Below, in pieces: positions 38,966 through 50,506 of a DNA stretch of 64,000 nucleotides (its first letter is position 1; every line of letters starts with the position of its first letter). Made by a program: the position numbers and the translations under genes. The notes beneath the pieces were generated by a model, which worked only from the letters and a program-made list of their open reading frames with translations, did not search any database and was not told where the DNA came from. Where the stretch lies: the NCBI GenBank assembly GCA_022508525.1, contig JAFLVA010000004.1, positions 26,025 through 90,024 on the forward strand. Reading direction: 5' to 3'. The stretch comes from Erysipelotrichales bacterium (GTDB lineage Bacteria > Bacillota_I > Bacilli_A > RFN20 > CAG-826).

Positions 38966-39105
38966 TGAATTATACCTCCTTACATGTATTATAAATTTTA
39001 ATGTTACATTAGTTTTGTTCTTTTTAAGGAACATTTTAAATTACAATATAAGCAAAAGAAAAGTATAAATATTTATCAAAAAAAAAGACTGAATCACTTC
39101 AGCCT

Positions 39106-40224
39106 TTATTTTTTAAACATCTTTTTAAATTTATCAAATATTGATTCGTTTTTTCCTTCAAGTTCCTTAAACTTTTCTAACAATGCTTTTTGTTCTTTGG
39201 AAATTGAAGTAGGAGTTACAACTTTAACGTGAATATATTGATCACCATAGATGCCACTTCTTACATTCTTTACACCCTTACCACGAACTTTTAATATTTG
39301 TCCTGATTGAGTTCCACTTGGCACTTTAACTTCTACTTCCCCATACACGGTTGGAACAGTAAGTGTAACACCAAGCGCAGCATCCACCATTGAAACTGGA
39401 ACTTCAATATGGATATTATCGCCATCTCTCTCAAAATTATCATGTTTCTTAATTGTAACCTCAATAATTAAATCACCATTTGAGCCACCATTAGTGCCAC
39501 GTTCTCCTTTATTAGGAACACGAATTTGTTGTCCCTCATTAATACCTGCCGGAACTTTGACATCAACATTACTATGAACGTGTTTATAACCTTTTCCGTT
39601 ACAAGCATCACATTTGTTTTTAATAACTTTTCCTGTTCCATGACAATGTGGACATTCACTTTGAGTTTCAACTGTGCCAAACAGAGTTTGTTGTCTTGTA
39701 CGTACACTACCAGTACCGTTACAATGTGAGCAAGTTTCTACGTCATTTGGTGTTTTTGCACCAGTTCCGTAACATTTATCACATTTTTCATCAAAATCTA
39801 ATGGAATTGAAATAGTAGTACCATTAATTGCATCCATAAAGTTTACACGTACACGCATGAAGGCATCATTACCACGTGTTGGGCCACTTGGTCCTCTACG
39901 TGTTCTTCTTCCTCCACCGAAGAAAGAACTAAATATATCGCCTAAATCGACATCTTGGAAGCCACCAAATCCTCCATTAAATCCACCTGCACCACCATTT
40001 TGATCAAAAGCAGCGTGACCAAATTGGTCATAAGTAGCACGTTTATTATCATCGTAAAGAACATCATAGGCTTCTTGAATTTCTTTAAATTTTTCTTCTG
40101 AGCCAGTTTCTTTATTATCTGGGTGATATTGCTTTGCTAATTTACGATAAGCACTTTTAATCTCATCTTTACTAGCAGATTTTGAAACACCAAGTACTTC
40201 ATAATAATCTCTTTTACTCGGCAT
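39106..40224 (-). CDS. dnaJ: Chaperone DnaJ
   Basis: J-domain with HPD, G/F-rich linker, four CxxCxGxG zinc-finger repeats. Confidence 0.9.
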   Translation of the reverse strand: MPSKRDYYEVLGVSKSASKDEIKSAYRKLAKQYHPDNKETGSEEKFKEIQEAYDVLYDDNKRATYDQFGHAAFDQNGGAGGFNGGFGGFQDVDLGDIFSSFFGGGRRTRRGPSGPTRGNDAFMRVRVNFMDAINGTTISIPLDFDEKCDKCYGTGAKTPNDVETCSHCNGTGSVRTRQQTLFGTVETQSECPHCHGTGKVIKNKCDACNGKGYKHVHSNVDVKVPAGINEGQQIRVPNKGERGTNGGSNGDLIIEVTIKKHDNFERDGDNIHIEVPVSMVDAALGVTLTVPTVYGEVEVKVPSGTQSGQILKVRGKGVKNVRSGIYGDQYIHVKVVTPTSISKEQKALLEKFKELEGKNESIFDKFKKMFKK

Positions 40225-40277
40225 TAATATCCCTCCTTTAATTCAAGAATGGGGCAAGGTATGCCCCATTTAACTTT

Positions 40278-42695
<2,418 letters not shown>

Positions 42696-42709
<14 letters not shown>

Positions 42710-43715
42710 TTTTATTCCTCTCTTTCGCAAAATACTTTTCAAGTTCTTGCGCGACATATTCTAACGCTCCAACTACTTTTTCATAATCCATACGTTTTGG
42801 TCCAACAAGAGCGATTGTGCCGTCATCTTGACCAGGCATTTTAATCTTTGATGTAATGATGGATACGTCATTATCGTTAATAGAAATCGAGATATCTTCA
42901 CTTCCATCTGTAATGAGCATATTTCTCATTTCATCAGGTGAATCAAAGAGATTTAGTACACGTCGAAGCTTTTCAGCATCACTTGCAATATCTTCTTGAT
43001 TGAAAAGTTGTCCTTTACCAAATAAAGATATACGCTCACGAGCAAACTTTAAGAATGCTTCCATAAACACTTGATAGATTATATCGTTATCAGATACATA
43101 ATTTTGAAGAACTGGTTTAATTGCTTCCATCTTATCAATTAATAATGACACGGATGTACCTTTTAAACGATCGTTAAGAATTTTTACACAATTCTCGATG
43201 TCTTTGATTTCTGTATCTTCATCAAAGATGAATGTTTTATTTTCGACATATCCTTTATCAGTTACAAAGACCACTGTTGCAGTCTTAGTTGAAATTGGAA
43301 TTAGTTGAACAGAAATAAGATGTTCATCTTTAGCATTAGGCCCAAGCATTACCGATGCAAGATTTGTCATATGTGAGAGTATTTCACAAGATTTAGTAAT
43401 TGCTTGTTCTACTGTCAATGAACGCTCTGATAAAAGATTTGCTATTTCATTTTTAATTCTTGAATCAACACTTTCATTTCTTAAGTGATCAATGTAGTAA
43501 CGGTATCCTTTTGAAGAAGGGACACGGCCACTAGATGTGTGTGTCTTTTCTAAATATCCTTCTTTTTCTAACGCTAACATTTCATTTCGAATTGTTGCAC
43601 TAGAAACATCAAGGTTATATTCTTCAATAAGTGTGTGACTGCCAACCGGAGTCGCATTTTTAATAAAGTATTCAACAATAAGTTTTAAGATGTAGTCTCG
43701 TCTTGATAAACTCAT
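42696..43715 (-). CDS. hrcA: Heat-inducible transcription repressor HrcA
   Basis: N-terminal wHTH (PVGSHTLIEEYNLDVSSATIRNEM) and HrcA C-terminal domain; head of the hrcA-grpE-dnaK-dnaJ operon; GAGGTGA RBS. Confidence 0.85.
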
Positions 43716-43728
43716 AGTTTCACCTCAT

Positions 43729-43755
43729 TTAGCACTCTTTACTTCTTTGTGCTAA
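43729..43755. promoter_or_regulatory. CIRCE operator (HrcA binding site) copy 1
   Basis: TTAGCACTC-N9-TTGTGCTAA, 16/18 match to consensus TTAGCACTC-N9-GAGTGCTAA, between promoter -10 and hrcA RBS. Confidence 0.7.
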
Positions 43756-43759
43756 TTCT

Positions 43760-43787
43760 ATTATATGCTAGTTTTTAGCACTGTCAA
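43760..43787 (-). promoter_or_regulatory. Sigma-A promoter of hrcA operon nested between CIRCE copies
   Basis: Minus strand TTGACA (plus 43782-43787), 16-nt spacer, TATAAT (plus 43760-43765). The -35 lies inside CIRCE copy 2. Confidence 0.5.
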
Positions 43788-43801
43788 CAAAAAAGTGCTA
43801 A
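43775..43801. promoter_or_regulatory. CIRCE operator copy 2
   Basis: TTAGCACTG-N9-AAGTGCTAA, 16/18 match to consensus. Confidence 0.7.
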
Positions 43802-43850
43802 TTTTTTCCAAAAAATGTAAAAAATTAAAAAACTTACGTAGTAACGTAAG

Positions 43851-44957
43851 TTATAATTCCAAAAACATCTTTATCAGGACACTATCAAGTAGCATCATAC
43901 CTAGATAAGCAGTTTTAATATGTGTCTTTGTTTCTTTTAGTAACTTATTATTTACATTTTCTTTTAAGGAAGTTGTAAATACTTCATAGATATCTTTGTT
44001 AAATCTATTCTTAAATTTCTTTTTATTTATTCCTACTTCTTTTCTTAAATTAAGCATCACGAATTCTTCAATTTGTTCTACAAACGATAATTCCTCTTTA
44101 CTTATAAAATAATTGCCTTTTAAATATTCATTTATGTTTGAAGTGTTTTGGTACCTTATACCATTTTCATAGCCATGTGCTCCTAGGCCAAGAGCGACGT
44201 ATTCGTTTGCGTTCCAGTAATTTATATTGTGTCTAGAATACATTTTATCTTTAGCAAAATTTGAAACTTCATAACGATAAAATTTTTTCTTTTTTAATTC
44301 TTTATAAAGTAAATCATAATAAACGCGTGATTCTTCATCACTCACTTCTTTTACGCCTTTCTTAAAGAAAACTGTACCTTTAGATACTGTTAATGAATAT
44401 GAAGAAATATGAGAAATATTTAACGATGTAGCAATATCAATATCTTTTTTAAACATTTCTAAAGTTTGATTAGGTAAACCATAAATTAAATCAATATTAA
44501 TATTAGTAATCTCATACTTATTGAATTTATTAATCCAGTATATAATTTGTCTTTTATTATGATACCTATTTATACTTTTTAACAAATAATCATTAAAGGT
44601 TTGAACGCCAATAGAAAGTCGATTAATGCCATATTTTTTCATAAGCATTAATTTTTTGTGCGTCATAGTTTCTAAATTAACCTCAATTGTAAATTCTGTC
44701 TTATTTGTTTTATGAGCACTTAACGAACTTAGCAAAGATTCTAAAAGATCTGGTGAAAGACTTGTTGGTGTTCCTCCACCAATATATATTGTTTTAAATT
44801 TTGCTTTACCTAAATTATCTATTTGCTTTGTTAATTCTTTGATATATTTTCTAACATATGGACGTAAATAAAACATCTTCGTGAAGTCACAATAGTCACA
44901 AAGATGTTGACAAAACGGTATATGAATATAAAGACTATTTACCTTCGTCTTCTTCAT
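43851..44957 (-). CDS. hemW: Radical SAM heme chaperone HemW (HemN-like, YqeR)
   Basis: Radical-SAM CQHLCDYC plus HemN C-terminal domain; position next to hrcA conserved. Start uncertain: M at 44957 or track TTG at 44996. Confidence 0.8.
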   Translation of the reverse strand: MKKTKVNSLYIHIPFCQHLCDYCDFTKMFYLRPYVRKYIKELTKQIDNLGKAKFKTIYIGGGTPTSLSPDLLESLLSSLSAHKTNKTEFTIEVNLETMTHKKLMLMKKYGINRLSIGVQTFNDYLLKSINRYHNKRQIIYWINKFNKYEITNINIDLIYGLPNQTLEMFKKDIDIATSLNISHISSYSLTVSKGTVFFKKGVKEVSDEESRVYYDLLYKELKKKKFYRYEVSNFAKDKMYSRHNINYWNANEYVALGLGAHGYENGIRYQNTSNINEYLKGNYFISKEELSFVEQIEEFVMLNLRKEVGINKKKFKNRFNKDIYEVFTTSLKENVNNKLLKETKTHIKTAYLGMMLLDSVLIKMFLEL

Positions 44958-45174
44958 TTTCTTCGTTAGATTTTTTTTCTTCTTCAATTGGGACAAGAAT
45001 ACGATCTAAATTTTCTTTAGCCGCTTCTTCTTCACTCATTGGTTTTTTAACATCATCTTTTAATGATGGTAATTTTCTTAATAAGAAAACTATTAAGGCA
45101 ATAACGCCAAAAAATAAAACTATAAAGGCAATAATAATAAATGGATTTTCAATCCAAGAAGCTAAATTAAACAT
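44935..45174 (-). CDS. Small membrane protein with acidic C-terminal tail (doubtful)
   Basis: One TM (IIIAFIVLFFGVIALIVFLL) then EEEKKSNEENEEDEGK tail; overlaps hemW 5-prime end; weak RBS. Confidence 0.3.
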   Translation of the reverse strand: MFNLASWIENPFIIIAFIVLFFGVIALIVFLLRKLPSLKDDVKKPMSEEEAAKENLDRILVPIEEEKKSNEENEEDEGK

Positions 45175-45183
45175 ATCTTTTCC

Positions 45184-46539
45184 CTACTTTCTTTGTACTG
45201 GTGTATAAACAAATTTATTTTTAATCATTTCTTTTCGATAAAAACCAAGTTTGGCTAAGTTATCCATCGAAGTTCTAGCAGTTTCATAAGCACAATCATT
45301 CATCGTTTTAAATTGTTGAATAGTATAGTACTTACCTACTGTACAATGATGAGCATAGAATAACGCCTCGCCTTTTTTTAGATTTGGATTAAGTTCTAAG
45401 AGATGTTCAGAAATTTTATCTGCATCCTTTTCATCTAATCCAACAGGTAGTTTAGGTAAAGCCACTCTTACCTCATAATCAACATTATGCAACACTTGCG
45501 ATGATTTTTCCATAACTTCGACATTTTTTTCTTCTTTTTTCTCAATATTAAAGAATTCTTCTTTAATCTCATCCGCGTTATTTTTCTTAATTAAATCAAG
45601 AAGCGAAGATACTTTTTCATCTAAGACAAGCATTACTTTATAAATGATATAAGTCATATCATTCGTGCCCATAACGTTTTCAAAAACTTTTGTCATCTTG
45701 TCTTTTAAATCATCGATTAAAGTTTCAAAATCTATTAGCGATGAAACTTCATCAAAATCATAATGTGCAAGTATCGACTTAGCTAACAAGACAGCAATTT
45801 CTTCACTGTAGAAAGAAAATGGCTGAATCATACAAATATAGAAATATGTGACAATACTACGGAATAAAGCCGAATATGTGCTGTCGTTCATAAATTCATA
45901 TAGATCCACCATCATCGGCTTAATTCTTTCTACTGGTGCAGCACTATAGACTCGATCATATAACTTTAATGATGTGTCTTGTAGTTCTTCTTTACGATAT
46001 AAATAATCTACATCATTTATCCCGCTTAACATCATAGCAAATTTTAAAGCACGTGCTTCATTTACAGCATCTGCAGAATAAACTTCAATATCTTTAAGAC
46101 ATTCATAATATTTTTGTAATATGATTTGGTTTGGTTTTAAACTAGATGCACTTCCATTTATAATTTCGTTAAATAAAGTCTCATCAGTTTCAATATTGTA
46201 AATATTAGCAATGTGCTTTAATGACGCTGTTATTTGCTCGTTTCGTGCACTAATACGTGAATAATCATTATAGTTTAGTTTAAGATATCTTATCATCAGT
46301 TTAACTAATTTACGCTCTAACAATGTTTCTTTATTTAAGATACCTGGTGTAAAAACAATATTAAATGGTAGTTTCTCAATATTTCGAAGTGGCAACTTAC
46401 CCATAAATTGCTCACGATATGCTAAAATCTTCCCCCAAAAGACATCAATTCCAGCACGGATTTGTAGAACTTCTAAAACTTCAGCTTTAGTAGCATAAGT
46501 ATCACTAGAAAAAGCTTTACCATAATCATTTAAATCCAC
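45184..46539 (-). CDS. Hypothetical 451-aa cytoplasmic protein, possible C-terminal winged-helix domain
   Basis: GTG start after GAGGTGA RBS. No catalytic motif recognised. C-terminal 70 aa (MNDCAYETARTSMDNLAKLGFYRKEMIKNKFVYTP) looks like a wHTH. Not present at this position in Bacillus. Confidence 0.5.
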   Translation of the reverse strand: MDLNDYGKAFSSDTYATKAEVLEVLQIRAGIDVFWGKILAYREQFMGKLPLRNIEKLPFNIVFTPGILNKETLLERKLVKLMIRYLKLNYNDYSRISARNEQITASLKHIANIYNIETDETLFNEIINGSASSLKPNQIILQKYYECLKDIEVYSADAVNEARALKFAMMLSGINDVDYLYRKEELQDTSLKLYDRVYSAAPVERIKPMMVDLYEFMNDSTYSALFRSIVTYFYICMIQPFSFYSEEIAVLLAKSILAHYDFDEVSSLIDFETLIDDLKDKMTKVFENVMGTNDMTYIIYKVMLVLDEKVSSLLDLIKKNNADEIKEEFFNIEKKEEKNVEVMEKSSQVLHNVDYEVRVALPKLPVGLDEKDADKISEHLLELNPNLKKGEALFYAHHCTVGKYYTIQQFKTMNDCAYETARTSMDNLAKLGFYRKEMIKNKFVYTPVQRK

Positions 46540-46665
46540 ATCTAGTCACCTCATAGGGACATTCTAGCAAAAAACTAATTTTCTTTCTATAAAAAAACTA
46601 ATTATTTACTAAAAATCTACTAACAAAAACCGACGCAATGAAACAAAAAGACACGAAATTCGTGT

Positions 46666-48474
46666 CTATTCGTCATCATCAATAGCTAACAAAGACATAA
46701 ACGCTTCTTGTGGTACTTCAACAGAACCAACGCGCTTCATTCTTTTCTTTCCTTCTTTTTGTTTTTCAAGAAGTTTACGTTTTCGAGAAATATCCCCGCC
46801 ATAACACTTCGCTAAAACGTCTTTTCTTACTGCTTTAATATCAGTTCTAGCAATAATTTTTCCATTCACTGATGCTTGAACTGGTACTTCAAATTGTTGA
46901 CGTGGAATAACTTCTTTTAATTTGCGTGTAATTGCGTTTCCACGATTATACGCCGTAGGTTTATAAACAATAATGCTCAAAGCGTCAATTGGAATACCAT
47001 TAAGTAAAATATCCATTTTTGCTAAGTTTGAGACCTTATAATCACTTAGTTCATAATCAAATGATGCATAACCTTTTGAATAACTCTTTAACTTATCAAA
47101 GAAATTATAAACTATTTCACTAAGTGGTATTTCATATTTAAGAATCATTCTCGTATCATCAAAATATTCTAAATCAAGATAAATACCACGTTTTTCTTGA
47201 CATAATTCCATAATTGGTCCGACATATTCTTTCGGTGTCATAACATTAGCTTTAATATATGGCTCTTCGATTGATTTGATTAAAGTTAAATCAGGTAATT
47301 TGGAAGGATTATCAATGTAGATTTCACTTCCATTTGTCATGTTTATTTTATAAATAACTGATGGTGCAGTTAAAATTAAATCAATATTGTATTCTCTTTC
47401 TAGTCTTTCTTGAACAACATCCATATGTAAAAGCCCTAAAAATCCACATCTAAAACCAAAGCCTAAGGCTTGTGATGTTTCAGGTTCAAATACTAAAGAA
47501 GAATCATTCAAGCATAATTTTTCTAATGCTTCTTTTAGGTCTTGATATTTTTTAGAATCTACGGGATATAAGCCACAATAAACCATTGGATTAATATGTC
47601 GATATCCTGGTAAAGGCATATCAGTTGGATCATCTCTTAAAGTTACAGTTTCACCAGGATGTACATCTTTAATATCTTTTATTTGTGCGCATAAATAGCC
47701 AACTTCACCTGCGTATAAAGCATCGCGTTTTTCTTCTTTTGGAGTACGAATTCCAAGTTCTGTTACTTGATAATCTTTATTTGCTGCGCACAAATGTATA
47801 ATGTCTCCTAACTTAACCATGCCTTCTTTTATACGAATGTTAATAATAACACCACGATAAGAATCGTAATTAGAGTCAAAAATAAGTGCTTTTAATGGTG
47901 CATTTATATCACCAACTGGCGCAGGAATTGTTTCAACAATTTGAGCCAAAACTTTTTCTACATTTAAACCAGTTTTAGCAGATACGTTAATAGCGTTATC
48001 GCAACTTATTCCGATTCTTTTTTCAATTTCAGCTTTAACTCGTTCCGGATCAGAACTTGGCAAATCCACCTTATTTATAACAGGAATTATTTCTAAATCA
48101 TTATCAACGGCCAAATATACATTCGCAAGTGTTTGAGCTTCTACTCCTTGTGTTGCATCAACAACAAGTAAAGCACCTTCACAAGCCGCCAAAGAGCGAG
48201 ATACTTCATAAGTAAAGTCGACATGTCCCGGAGTGTCAATTAGATTAAAAACGTAATCTTCGCCATCTGTATGATGATAGTTCAAAGTAACTGCATTTAA
48301 TTTAATGGTGATTCCTCTTTCTCTTTCTAAATCCATAGAGTCAAGGAGTTGATCTTTCATTTCACGTTTATCTACGCTTCCAGTTAATTCTAGAATACGA
48401 TCTGCAAGTGTGGATTTACCATGATCAATATGAGCAATTATTGAAAAGTTACGAATCTTTTTTTGATCAATCAT
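46666..48474 (-). CDS. lepA: Elongation factor 4 (LepA)
   Basis: G1 [10 protein letters not shown]3 DTPGH, NKVD, EF-G-like domains and LepA C-terminal domain. Confidence 0.95.
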   Translation of the reverse strand: MIDQKKIRNFSIIAHIDHGKSTLADRILELTGSVDKREMKDQLLDSMDLERERGITIKLNAVTLNYHHTDGEDYVFNLIDTPGHVDFTYEVSRSLAACEGALLVVDATQGVEAQTLANVYLAVDNDLEIIPVINKVDLPSSDPERVKAEIEKRIGISCDNAINVSAKTGLNVEKVLAQIVETIPAPVGDINAPLKALIFDSNYDSYRGVIINIRIKEGMVKLGDIIHLCAANKDYQVTELGIRTPKEEKRDALYAGEVGYLCAQIKDIKDVHPGETVTLRDDPTDMPLPGYRHINPMVYCGLYPVDSKKYQDLKEALEKLCLNDSSLVFEPETSQALGFGFRCGFLGLLHMDVVQERLEREYNIDLILTAPSVIYKINMTNGSEIYIDNPSKLPDLTLIKSIEEPYIKANVMTPKEYVGPIMELCQEKRGIYLDLEYFDDTRMILKYEIPLSEIVYNFFDKLKSYSKGYASFDYELSDYKVSNLAKMDILLNGIPIDALSIIVYKPTAYNRGNAITRKLKEVIPRQQFEVPVQASVNGKIIARTDIKAVRKDVLAKCYGGDISRKRKLLEKQKEGKKRMKRVGSVEVPQEAFMSLLAIDDDE

Positions 48475-48611
48475 AAATCCACCTCCAATCCGTTAAATTA
48501 TAACAAATTTATTTAATATATTAAATATATAAAATTCTAGTTTTGCAAAATAAAAAAGTAAATTTACTTTTCAAGAAAATTTACTTTTATCATATTTTAT
48601 ATAGTTATTGA

Positions 48612-48845
48612 CTACATTCCAACGCCAAGCGCACCAAGGCTTGCACCTAACAACACAAAAATCAAGACATAGCCTAGAATTCCAATAGCAAATGAGATTC
48701 CAAAGCCAATAAGTGATCCTTTAGTTGTTTTTGGCTTATTAATAACTAATGCTATGATTATACCAATTAAGCCTAAGAATATACCGAGAACAATACCTAG
48801 TCCTAGTGATCCTTCATCTTGTACATTTACTGGTCTTTCATCCAT
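48612..48845 (-). CDS. Small 2-TM membrane protein (paralog A)
   Basis: MDERPVNVQDEGSLGLGIVLGIFLGLIGIIIA...; own RBS AAGGAG and conserved upstream TGCTATTCTAT motif shared with paralog B. Confidence 0.45.
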   Translation of the reverse strand: MDERPVNVQDEGSLGLGIVLGIFLGLIGIIIALVINKPKTTKGSLIGFGISFAIGILGYVLIFVLLGASLGALGVGM

Positions 48846-49008
48846 AATAATTACTCCTTTTCATTATTTTAATATAGAATAGCATTCAACACTTATTTAG
48901 TCAATAAATTGCAATTCTATTATTTTTTTCATCTATAGATTTATTCTTATTTTTATTAAAAAGCAAATGTGTCTTTTAAACAAATTTGCCTTAAATTAAT
49001 CAATTATA

Positions 49009-49251
49009 TTAGCTTAAAAATGGGAATAAGAAACTAAAATATGCTACACCAAATGCAAGATACAATATGATAGAAAAAATAGTACCTAAAAGTCCAATAC
49101 CATATCTAATTAAAAGTCCAATCCAGCTACCCTTAATGGTTTTTGGTTGTTTAAGTACATAAGCAATAATTATTCCAACCCAAGTTATGAATATCCCAAG
49201 TACTATACCTAATCCAACTGATCCTTCATCTTGAGGTTTTTCTTCGTACAT
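49009..49251 (-). CDS. Small 2-TM membrane protein (paralog B)
   Basis: MYEEKPQDEGSVGLGIVLGIFITWVGIIIA... about 55% identical to paralog A; RBS AAAGGAG; same upstream motif. Confidence 0.45.
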   Translation of the reverse strand: MYEEKPQDEGSVGLGIVLGIFITWVGIIIAYVLKQPKTIKGSWIGLLIRYGIGLLGTIFSIILYLAFGVAYFSFLFPFLS

Positions 49252-49461
49252 ACTAAAAACTCCTTTACTTTACTTAAAATAGAATAGCACTTACAAATTG
49301 TACAGTCAACAAAATGTACCCATGCATCACATAATATATTTATACATTTCTTTCAAAAATGTGTAATTAAATACGTTATAAAGTAGTGTATCGTTGCAAA
49401 ATATAATTGCTCATATTATATTTCAATTAATAATTGTTATTAAAATTATGAGGAGATAAAT

Positions 49462-50415
49462 ATGGTTTGGATAATCGTTATTTTAAGTGTTTTAATCGTA
49501 ACAATATTCTTTGTTTTAGGATTTGCTTTCTTTGCATATCGATTAGTATTTTATGTTCCAACAAAACACGACGAAAATATTTACGCAATTCCTGATGATG
49601 AACAATATTTATCTAATCGTGATGTCATGATTGCGTTAATAAAAGAAATTGATACATTAGAATACGAAAGAGTATACATCAAAGCAAAGGATGACATCAA
49701 ATTATCCGCTCGATATTATCACGTTAAAGATGGTGCACCACTTCAAATACAATTTCCTGGTTACAAAGGATCTTCTATTAGAGATTTTTGTGGTGGTAAT
49801 AAATTAGCACGTGAACTAGGTTTTAATGTATTACTTGTAGATCAACGCGCTCATGGAATGAGTGAAGGCCATACAATTACTTTCGGAATAAAAGAACGAT
49901 ACGATTGCCTAAGTTGGATAGATTATGCACTTGAGCGTTTTGGAAAAGATGTATCAATTTATCTTGCTGGTGTGTCAATGGGTGGGGCAACAGTGCTTAT
50001 GGCTTCAGAATTTAATTTACCAACAAACGTTCATGGAATTGTAGCAGACTGTCCTTTTACCACTCCTCCTGCCGTTATTAAAAAAGTATGTAAAGATATG
50101 CACTATAATCCAAGAATTATGTATCCTTTTATTTACTTAGGCGCACTTTTATTTGGTCATTTTAAATTAAATTCTGCAAATTCAGCTGAAGCAGTGAAAA
50201 ACACCAATATTCCTATTTTACTGATTCATGGCGAAGATGACAAAATTGTGCCTTGCGAAATGAGCAAAGAAATAAAAAATAATTGTAATAGTTACTCTAA
50301 ATTGTATACTTTTCCTAATGCTGGTCATGGCATTAGCTATATTATTGATAATGTGCAATATAAACAGATTGCTACTTCTTTTTTTAAACATTGTCAAGAT
50401 AAAATAATTGAATAA
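49462..50415 (+). CDS. Alpha/beta-hydrolase fold enzyme with N-terminal membrane anchor
   Basis: Nucleophile elbow GVSMGG, downstream Asp and His (HGEDD, AGHG) in the usual order; N-terminal TM helix; GAGGAG RBS. Confidence 0.7.
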   Translation: MVWIIVILSVLIVTIFFVLGFAFFAYRLVFYVPTKHDENIYAIPDDEQYLSNRDVMIALIKEIDTLEYERVYIKAKDDIKLSARYYHVKDGAPLQIQFPGYKGSSIRDFCGGNKLARELGFNVLLVDQRAHGMSEGHTITFGIKERYDCLSWIDYALERFGKDVSIYLAGVSMGGATVLMASEFNLPTNVHGIVADCPFTTPPAVIKKVCKDMHYNPRIMYPFIYLGALLFGHFKLNSANSAEAVKNTNIPILLIHGEDDKIVPCEMSKEIKNNCNSYSKLYTFPNAGHGISYIIDNVQYKQIATSFFKHCQDKIIE

Positions 50416-50506
50416 AAAAAGTGATGAAAACATTAGTGCTTTCAACGCATATAAGGTGTACTCCAAGAGTTAACCACGAACACCAAATTAATAAATAGCA
50501 ACCTCT

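Noticed and set aside
45184-46539. Fic/DOC (AMPylation) domain in the 451-aa unknown protein.
   Set aside because: Only a degenerate QPFSFYSEE stretch; the HPFx[DE]GNGR core motif is absent.
48612-49251. Small 77 and 80 aa proteins as double-glycine-leader bacteriocin precursors for the C39-like protein.
   Set aside because: No LSxxELxxIxGG-type leader; the GLG motif lies inside a TM helix and the proteins look like integral 2-TM proteins.
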